Assembly: GCA_973895155.1 (NCBI GenBank)
Contig: CCZZQB010000001.1
Location: 1 to 59,625 of the forward strand
DNA length: 59,625 bases
Reading direction: 5' to 3'
DNA from: Marsupella aquatica
Taxonomy: Eukaryota; Plantae; Marchantiophyta
Each line of letters starts with the position of its first letter. Position 1 is the first letter of the stretch. The position numbers and the translations under genes were made by a program. Of the stretch, positions 1 to 8,888 are shown one piece after another. The notes beneath the pieces were generated by a model that made no database searches, was not told the origin of the DNA, and worked only from the letters and a program-made list of their open reading frames with translations.

Positions 1-118
1 AAGCCAACTACTCGTACCCCTAGTTGTGATCACCGCGTCGCGATAGGAGCGTGGACTCACTCCTAGTATGCATACATTGGGGGTGATTCACCCCCAATCT
101 TGACCATCCTCACCCCCA
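1..118. repeat. Partial spacer copy 0 (3' part with the palindrome chain)
   Basis: Matches 3597-3714. The window starts inside the spacer. Confidence 0.95.
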
Positions 119-3100
119 ATGCACGCACCCCCAAAACTGGGGGCCACCCTCACCCTCAACCCCCATGGAACCCCTCCCCCACCCTCACCCCCAGCTCGTT
201 ACACCCCCAATGCTACATTAGGGTTGCACACGCCCCCATGTGCACGCACCCCCAAAACTGGGGGCCACCCTCACCCTCAACCCCCATGGAACCCCTCCCC
301 CTCCCTCACCCCCAGCTCGTTACACCCCCAATGCTCAATTAGGGTTGCACACGCCCCCATGTGCACGCACCCCCAAAACTGGGGGCCATCCTCACCCTCA
401 ACCCCCATGGAACCCCTCCCCCACCCTCACCCCCAGCTCGTTACACCCCCAATGCTACAGTAGGGTTGAACAGGCCCCCATGTGCACGCACCCCCAAAAC
501 TGGGGGCCATCCTCACCCTCAACCCCCATGGAACCCCTCCCCCACCCTCACCCCCAGCTCGTTACACCCCCAATGCTACAGTAGGGTTGCACAGGCCCCC
601 ATGTGCACGCACCCCCAAAACTGGGGGCCATCCTCACCCTCAACCCCCATGGAACCCCTCCCCCACCCTCACCCCCAGCTCGTTACACCCCCAATGCTCA
701 ATTAGGGTTGCACACGCCCCCATGTGCACGCACCCCCAAAATTGGGGGCCACCCTCACCCTCAACCCCCATGGAACCCCTCCCCCACCCTCACCCCCAGC
801 TCGTTACACCCCCAATGCTCAATTAGGGTTGCACACGCCCCCATGTGCACGCACCCCCAAAACTGGGGGCCATCCTCACCCTCAACCCCCATGGAACCCC
901 TCCCCCACCCTCACCCCCAGCTCGTTACACCCCCAATGCTACAGTAGGGTTGCACAGGCCCCCATGTGCACGCACCCCCAAAACTGGGGGCCATCCTCAC
1001 CCTCAACCCCCATGGAACCCCTCCCCCACCCTCACCCCCAGCTCGTTACACCCCCAATGCTCAATTAGGGTTGCACAGGCCCCCATGTGCACGCACCCCC
1101 AAAACTGGGGGCCATCCTCACCCTCAACCCCCATGGAACCCCTCCCCCACCCTCACCCCCAGCTCGTTACACCCCCAATGCTACAGTAGGGTTGCACAGG
1201 CCCCCATGTGCACGCACCCCCAAAACTGGGGGCCATCCTCACCCTCAACCCCCATGGAACCCCTCCCCCACCCTCACCCCCAGCTCGTTACACCCCCAAT
1301 GCTCAATTAGGGTTGCACACGCCCCCATGTGCACGCACCCCCAAAATTGGGGGCCACCCTCACCCTCAACCCCCATGGAACCCCTCCCCCACCCTCACCC
1401 CCAGCTCGTTACACCCCCAATGCTACAGTAGGGTTGGAGAGGCCCCCATGTGCACGCACCCCCAAAACTGGGGGCCATCCTCACCCTCAACCCCCATGGA
1501 ACCCCTCCCCCACCCTCACCCCCAGCTCGTTACACCCCCAATGCTACATTAGGGTTGCACACGCCCCCATGTGCACGCACCCCCAAAACTGGGGGCCACC
1601 CTCACCCTCAACCCCCATGGAACCCCTCCCCCTCCCTCACCCCCAGCTCGTTACACCCCCAATGCTCAATTAGGGTTGCACACGCCCCCATGTGCACGCA
1701 CCCCCAAAACTGGGGGCCATCCTCACCCTCAACCCCCATGGAACCCCTCCCCCACCCTCACCCCCAGCTCGTTACACCCCCAATGCTACAGTAGGGTTGA
1801 ACAGGCCCCCATGTGCACGCACCCCCAAAACTGGGGGCCATCCTCACCCTCAACCCCCATGGAACCCCTCCCCCACCCTCACCCCCAGCTCGTTACACCC
1901 CCAATGCTACAGTAGGGTTGCACAGGCCCCCATGTGCACGCACCCCCAAAACTGGGGGCCATCCTCACCCTCAACCCCCATGGAACCCCTCCCCCACCCT
2001 CACCCCCAGCTCGTTACACCCCCAATGCTCAATTAGGGTTGCACACGCCCCCATGTGCACGCACCCCCAAAATTGGGGGCCACCCTCACCCTCAACCCCC
2101 ATGGAACCCCTCCCCCACCCTCACCCCCAGCTCGTTACACCCCCAATGCTCAATTAGGGTTGCACACGCCCCCATGTGCACGCACCCCCAAAACTGGGGG
2201 CCATCCTCACCCTCAACCCCCATGGAACCCCTCCCCCACCCTCACCCCCAGCTCGTTACACCCCCAATGCTACAGTAGGGTTGCACAGGCCCCCATGTGC
2301 ACGCACCCCCAAAACTGGGGGCCATCCTCACCCTCAACCCCCATGGAACCCCTCCCCCACCCTCACCCCCAGCTCGTTACACCCCCAATGCTCAATTAGG
2401 GTTGCACACGCCCCCATGTGCACGCACCCCCAAAATTGGGGGCCACCCTCACCCTCAACCCCCATGGAACCCCTCCCCCACCCTCACCCCCAGCTCGTTA
2501 CACCCCCAATGCTACAGTAGGGTTGGAGAGGCCCCCATGTGCACGCACCCCCAAAACTGGGGGCCATCCTCACCCTCAACCCCCATGGAACCCCTCCCCC
2601 ACCCTCACCCCCAGCTCGTTACACCCCCAATGCTCAATTAGGGTTGCACACGCCCCCATGTGCACGCACCCCCAAAACTGGGGGCCATCCTCACCCTCAA
2701 CCCCCATGGAACCCCTCCCCCACCCTCACCCCCAGCTCGTTACACCCCCAATGCTCAATTAGGGTTGCACACGCCCCCATGTGCACGCACCCCCAAAATT
2801 GGGGGCCATCCTCACCCTCAACCCCCATGGAACCCCTCCCCCACCCTCACCCCCAGCTCGTTACACCCCCAATGCTACAGTAGGGTTGCACACGCCCCCA
2901 TGTGCACGCACCCCCAAAACTGGGGGCCACCCTCACCCTCAACCCCCATGGAACCCCTCCCCCACCCTCACCCCCTGCTCGTTACACCCCCAATGCTACA
3001 GTAGGGTTGCACACGCCCCCATGTGCACGCACCCCCAAAACTGGGGGCCACCCTCACCCTCAACCCCCATGGAACCCCTCCCCCACCCTCACCCCCAGCT

Positions 3101-3235
3101 CGTTACACCCCCAATGCTCAATTAGGGTTGCACACGCCCCCATGTGCACGCACCCCCAAAACTGGGGGCCACCCTCACCCTCAACCCCCATGGAACCCCT
3201 CCCCCACCCTCACCCCCAGCTCGTTACACCCCCAA
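119..3235. repeat. 121-bp array, unit 1 (3596-bp type): k' + 11-mer + a b c d e c d j + tail
   Basis: Variant order read from sequence; 25 monomers after the truncated head. Monomer a at 238 recurs at 1569 (+1331). Confidence 0.95.
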
Positions 3236-3422
3236 AAGCTACAGTAGGGTGGCACTCGCCCCCTGGTACACGCACCCCGAAAATTGCGGGGTACCCCCAC
3301 CCCTAGCCCCTCCAAAATGCGCACACAACAAACTGGGGGTCAAACTCACCCCCAATATTCAATAATCATACCAGTACTTAAAAAACTGGTATGCCACATG
3401 TGAAAACTGGGGATGACACTCT

Positions 3423-3463
3423 AAACCCTAAACCATAAACCCTAAACCCTAAACGCTAACCCT
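3423..3463 (-). repeat. Short interstitial telomere-like tract, (TTTAGGG)n on the minus strand; one per spacer
   Basis: The + strand reads AAACCCT AAACCAT AAACCCT AAACCCT AAACGCT AACCCT. The same tract starts at 9076, 13398, 17720, 20227, 24549, 30807, 35129, 43323, 47525, 50516, 53507 and 57103. TTTAGGG is the Arabidopsis-type telomere repeat, also used by some green algae, oomycetes and apicomplexans. Confidence 0.8.
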
Positions 3464-3593
3464 TTTTTTTCTTTTTGCTATACTTGTCAAAAAAACGTGC
3501 TAGGCGAGCACGTAACGTTCCAAAACGTGCTATTTGCGCAAATCCACCAAAATGAAACGTTTTACCAATACTTTAAAAAAGTCAAAATTACAT

Positions 3594-3622
3594 AAAAAGC
3601 CAACTACTCGTACCCCTAGTTG
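3594..3622 (-). terminator. Terminator-like hairpin plus T5 on the minus strand (putative; one per spacer)
   Basis: The minus strand reads CAACTA-ggggtacgag-TAGTTG-GC-TTTTT. The 6-bp stem is AT-rich and no upstream gene exists, so function is unsupported. Confidence 0.2.
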
Positions 3623-3694
3623 TGATCACCGCGTCGCGATAGGAGCGTGGACTCACTCCTAGTATGCATACATTGGGGGTGATTCACCCCCAAT
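3601..3694. other. Chain of six contiguous dyad-symmetry elements (one chain per spacer)
   Basis: CAACTA/TAGTTG 3601-3622; GTGATCAC 3622-3629; CGCG-T-CGCG 3630-3638; TAGGAG/CTCCTA 3640-3661; GTATGCATAC 3662-3671; ATTGGGGGTGA-T-TCACCCCCAAT 3672-3694. Confidence 0.9.
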
Positions 3695-3714
3695 CTTGAC
3701 CATCCTCACCCCCA

Positions 3715-6700
3715 ATGCACGCACCCCCAAAACTGGGGGCCACCCTCACCCTCAACCCCCATGGAACCCCTCCCCCACCCTCACCCCCAGCTCGTTACAC
3801 CCCCAATGCTACATTAGGGTTGCACACGCCCCCATGTGCACGCACCCCCAAAACTGGGGGCCACCCTCACCCTCAACCCCCATGGAACCCCTCCCCCTCC
3901 CTCACCCCCAGCTCGTTACACCCCCAATGCTCAATTAGGGTTGCACACGCCCCCATGTGCACGCACCCCCAAAACTGGGGGCCATCCTCACCCTCAACCC
4001 CCATGGAACCCCTCCCCCACCCTCACCCCCAGCTCGTTACACCCCCAATGCTACAGTAGGGTTGAACAGGCCCCCATGTGCACGCACCCCCAAAACTGGG
4101 GGCCATCCTCACCCTCAACCCCCATGGAACCCCTCCCCCACCCTCACCCCCAGCTCGTTACACCCCCAATGCTACAGTAGGGTTGCACAGGCCCCCATGT
4201 GCACGCACCCCCAAAACTGGGGGCCATCCTCACCCTCAACCCCCATGGAACCCCTCCCCCACCCTCACCCCCAGCTCGTTACACCCCCAATGCTCAATTA
4301 GGGTTGCACACGCCCCCATGTGCACGCACCCCCAAAATTGGGGGCCACCCTCACCCTCAACCCCCATGGAACCCCTCCCCCACCCTCACCCCCAGCTCGT
4401 TACACCCCCAATGCTCAATTAGGGTTGCACACGCCCCCATGTGCACGCACCCCCAAAACTGGGGGCCATCCTCACCCTCAACCCCCATGGAACCCCTCCC
4501 CCACCCTCACCCCCAGCTCGTTACACCCCCAATGCTACAGTAGGGTTGCACAGGCCCCCATGTGCACGCACCCCCAAAACTGGGGGCCATCCTCACCCTC
4601 AACCCCCATGGAACCCCTCCCCCACCCTCACCCCCAGCTCGTTACACCCCCAATGCTCAATTAGGGTTGCACAGGCCCCCATGTGCACGCACCCCCAAAA
4701 CTGGGGGCCATCCTCACCCTCAACCCCCATGGAACCCCTCCCCCACCCTCACCCCCAGCTCGTTACACCCCCAATGCTACAGTAGGGTTGCACAGGCCCC
4801 CATGTGCACGCACCCCCAAAACTGGGGGCCATCCTCACCCTCAACCCCCATGGAACCCCTCCCCCACCCTCACCCCCAGCTCGTTACACCCCCAATGCTC
4901 AATTAGGGTTGCACACGCCCCCATGTGCACGCACCCCCAAAATTGGGGGCCACCCTCACCCTCAACCCCCATGGAACCCCTCCCCCACCCTCACCCCCAG
5001 CTCGTTACACCCCCAATGCTACAGTAGGGTTGGAGAGGCCCCCATGTGCACGCACCCCCAAAACTGGGGGCCATCCTCACCCTCAACCCCCATGGAACCC
5101 CTCCCCCACCCTCACCCCCAGCTCGTTACACCCCCAATGCTACATTAGGGTTGCACACGCCCCCATGTGCACGCACCCCCAAAACTGGGGGCCACCCTCA
5201 CCCTCAACCCCCATGGAACCCCTCCCCCTCCCTCACCCCCAGCTCGTTACACCCCCAATGCTCAATTAGGGTTGCACACGCCCCCATGTGCACGCACCCC
5301 CAAAACTGGGGGCCATCCTCACCCTCAACCCCCATGGAACCCCTCCCCCACCCTCACCCCCAGCTCGTTACACCCCCAATGCTACAGTAGGGTTGAACAG
5401 GCCCCCATGTGCACGCACCCCCAAAACTGGGGGCCATCCTCACCCTCAACCCCCATGGAACCCCTCCCCCACCCTCACCCCCAGCTCGTTACACCCCCAA
5501 TGCTACAGTAGGGTTGCACAGGCCCCCATGTGCACGCACCCCCAAAACTGGGGGCCATCCTCACCCTCAACCCCCATGGAACCCCTCCCCCACCCTCACC
5601 CCCAGCTCGTTACACCCCCAATGCTCAATTAGGGTTGCACACGCCCCCATGTGCACGCACCCCCAAAATTGGGGGCCACCCTCACCCTCAACCCCCATGG
5701 AACCCCTCCCCCACCCTCACCCCCAGCTCGTTACACCCCCAATGCTCAATTAGGGTTGCACACGCCCCCATGTGCACGCACCCCCAAAACTGGGGGCCAT
5801 CCTCACCCTCAACCCCCATGGAACCCCTCCCCCACCCTCACCCCCAGCTCGTTACACCCCCAATGCTACAGTAGGGTTGCACAGGCCCCCATGTGCACGC
5901 ACCCCCAAAACTGGGGGCCATCCTCACCCTCAACCCCCATGGAACCCCTCCCCCACCCTCACCCCCAGCTCGTTACACCCCCAATGCTCAATTAGGGTTG
6001 CACAGGCCCCCATGTGCACGCACCCCCAAAACTGGGGGCCATCCTCACCCTCAACCCCCATGGAACCCCTCCCCCACCCTCACCCCCAGCTCGTTACACC
6101 CCCAATGCTACAGTAGGGTTGCACAGGCCCCCATGTGCACGCACCCCCAAAACTGGGGGCCATCCTCACCCTCAACCCCCATGGAACCCCTCCCCCACCC
6201 TCACCCCCAGCTCGTTACACCCCCAATGCTCAATTAGGGTTGCACACGCCCCCATGTGCACGCACCCCCAAAATTGGGGGCCACCCTCACCCTCAACCCC
6301 CATGGAACCCCTCCCCCACCCTCACCCCCAGCTCGTTACACCCCCAATGCTACAGTAGGGTTGGAGAGGCCCCCATGTGCACGCACCCCCAAAACTGGGG
6401 GCCATCCTCACCCTCAACCCCCATGGAACCCCTCCCCCACCCTCACCCCCAGCTCGTTACACCCCCAATGCTACATTAGGGTTGCACACGCCCCCATGTG
6501 CACGCACCCCCAAAACTGGGGGCCACCCTCACCCTCAACCCCCATGGAACCCCTCCCCCTCCCTCACCCCCAGCTCGTTACACCCCCAATGCTCAATTAG
6601 GGTTGCACACGCCCCCATGTGCACGCACCCCCAAAACTGGGGGCCATCCTCACCCTCAACCCCCATGGAACCCCTCCCCCACCCTCACCCCCAGCTCGTT

Positions 6701-8888
6701 ACACCCCCAATGCTACAGTAGGGTTGAACAGGCCCCCATGTGCACGCACCCCCAAAACTGGGGGCCATCCTCACCCTCAACCCCCATGGAACCCCTCCCC
6801 CACCCTCACCCCCAGCTCGTTACACCCCCAATGCTACAGTAGGGTTGCACAGGCCCCCATGTGCACGCACCCCCAAAACTGGGGGCCATCCTCACCCTCA
6901 ACCCCCATGGAACCCCTCCCCCACCCTCACCCCCAGCTCGTTACACCCCCAATGCTCAATTAGGGTTGCACACGCCCCCATGTGCACGCACCCCCAAAAT
7001 TGGGGGCCACCCTCACCCTCAACCCCCATGGAACCCCTCCCCCACCCTCACCCCCAGCTCGTTACACCCCCAATGCTCAATTAGGGTTGCACACGCCCCC
7101 ATGTGCACGCACCCCCAAAACTGGGGGCCATCCTCACCCTCAACCCCCATGGAACCCCTCCCCCACCCTCACCCCCAGCTCGTTACACCCCCAATGCTAC
7201 AGTAGGGTTGCACAGGCCCCCATGTGCACGCACCCCCAAAACTGGGGGCCATCCTCACCCTCAACCCCCATGGAACCCCTCCCCCACCCTCACCCCCAGC
7301 TCGTTACACCCCCAATGCTCAATTAGGGTTGCACAGGCCCCCATGTGCACGCACCCCCAAAACTGGGGGCCATCCTCACCCTCAACCCCCATGGAACCCC
7401 TCCCCCACCCTCACCCCCAGCTCGTTACACCCCCAATGCTACAGTAGGGTTGCACAGGCCCCCATGTGCACGCACCCCCAAAACTGGGGGCCATCCTCAC
7501 CCTCAACCCCCATGGAACCCCTCCCCCACCCTCACCCCCAGCTCGTTACACCCCCAATGCTCAATTAGGGTTGCACACGCCCCCATGTGCACGCACCCCC
7601 AAAATTGGGGGCCACCCTCACCCTCAACCCCCATGGAACCCCTCCCCCACCCTCACCCCCAGCTCGTTACACCCCCAATGCTACAGTAGGGTTGGAGAGG
7701 CCCCCATGTGCACGCACCCCCAAAACTGGGGGCCATCCTCACCCTCAACCCCCATGGAACCCCTCCCCCACCCTCACCCCCAGCTCGTTACACCCCCAAT
7801 GCTCAATTAGGGTTGCACAGGCCCCCATGTGCACGCACCCCCAAAACTGGGGGCCATCCTCACCCTCAACCCCCATGGAACCCCTCCCCCACCCTCACCC
7901 CCAGCTCGTTACACCCCCAATGCTACAGTAGGGTTGCACAGGCCCCCATGTGCACGCACCCCCAAAACTGGGGGCCATCCTCACCCTCAACCCCCATGGA
8001 ACCCCTCCCCCACCCTCACCCCCAGCTCGTTACACCCCCAATGCTACAGTAGGGTTGCACAGGCCCCCATGTGCACGCACCCCCAAAACTGGGGGCCATC
8101 CTCACCCTCAACCCCCATGGAACCCCTCCCCCACCCTCACCCCCAGCTCGTTACACCCCCAATGCTCAATTAGGGTTGCACACGCCCCCATGTGCACGCA
8201 CCCCCAAAATTGGGGGCCACCCTCACCCTCAACCCCCATGGAACCCCTCCCCCACCCTCACCCCCAGCTCGTTACACCCCCAATGCTCAATTAGGGTTGC
8301 ACACGCCCCCATGTGCACGCACCCCCAAAACTGGGGGCCATCCTCACCCTCAACCCCCATGGAACCCCTCCCCCACCCTCACCCCCAGCTCGTTACACCC
8401 CCAATGCTCAATTAGGGTTGCACACGCCCCCATGTGCACGCACCCCCAAAATTGGGGGCCATCCTCACCCTCAACCCCCATGGAACCCCTCCCCCACCCT
8501 CACCCCCAGCTCGTTACACCCCCAATGCTACAGTAGGGTTGCACACGCCCCCATGTGCACGCACCCCCAAAACTGGGGGCCACCCTCACCCTCAACCCCC
8601 ATGGAACCCCTCCCCCACCCTCACCCCCTGCTCGTTACACCCCCAATGCTACAGTAGGGTTGCACACGCCCCCATGTGCACGCACCCCCAAAACTGGGGG
8701 CCACCCTCACCCTCAACCCCCATGGAACCCCTCCCCCACCCTCACCCCCAGCTCGTTACACCCCCAATGCTCAATTAGGGTTGCACACGCCCCCATGTGC
8801 ACGCACCCCCAAAACTGGGGGCCACCCTCACCCTCAACCCCCATGGAACCCCTCCCCCACCCTCACCCCCAGCTCGTTACACCCCCAA
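3715..8888. repeat. 121-bp array, unit 2 (5653 bp): k' + 2x 11-mer + a..j + g c c d e d l m n o
   Basis: 42 monomers; order read from the variant sites. Confidence 0.93.

Larger units (their letters stand above)
3236..3714. repeat. Spacer copy 1 (~480 bp)
   Basis: Contains degenerate monomers (3236-3360), a hairpin (3367-3393), AAACCCT heptamers (3423-3463), a T-tract (3463-3476), an AT-rich core (to 3600) and the dyad chain (3601-3694). Confidence 0.95.

Noticed and set aside
100-342. 80-aa MTILTPN ORF at each unit start, with TAGGAG upstream as a possible Shine-Dalgarno
   Set aside because: It has a TTG start and runs straight into repeat-frame sequence. TAGGAG (44-49) is about 50 nt upstream and is one arm of a hairpin.
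238-358. Kinetoplast minicircle conserved blocks (minus-strand GGGGGCGTGT resembling CSB-1; TGGGGGTGTAA resembling the UMS)
   Set aside because: There is no exact GGGGTTGGTGTA, the spacing between the motifs (about 28 bp) does not fit, and there are no variable regions.
119-3235. Continuous repeat protein if TAG is read through or reassigned
   Set aside because: Scarcity of stops is expected on a C-rich, T-poor strand. b monomers add an in-frame TGA two codons after the TAG, and unit lengths do not preserve frame.
3394-3403. Budding-yeast point centromere (TCACATG resembling CDEI on the minus strand)
   Set aside because: No adjacent 80-bp >90% AT CDEII and no CDEIII CCG motif are present.
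3423-3463. True chromosome end
   Set aside because: The tract is only 41 bp, degenerate, internal, and repeated identically in every spacer.
3395-3476. Telomerase RNA gene (CTAAACCCT template, CCACAT USE-like motif, T-run terminator)
   Set aside because: A template is about 1.5 repeats, not five or six. No TATA box lies at the type-3 Pol III spacing, the USE match is partial, and the T-run follows the tract immediately.
3463-3638. Herpesvirus pac1/pac2 packaging signals (T-tract and CGCGTCGCG)
   Set aside because: The order and spacing do not match the pac consensus convincingly, and no viral genes are present in the window.
3601-3700. tRNA, tRNA-derived SINE head or hammerhead ribozyme (retrozyme)
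   Set aside because: I find no cloverleaf, no GTTCRA B-box, and no CTGANGA...GAAA core on either strand by eye. A covariance-model search would be needed to exclude distant RNAs.
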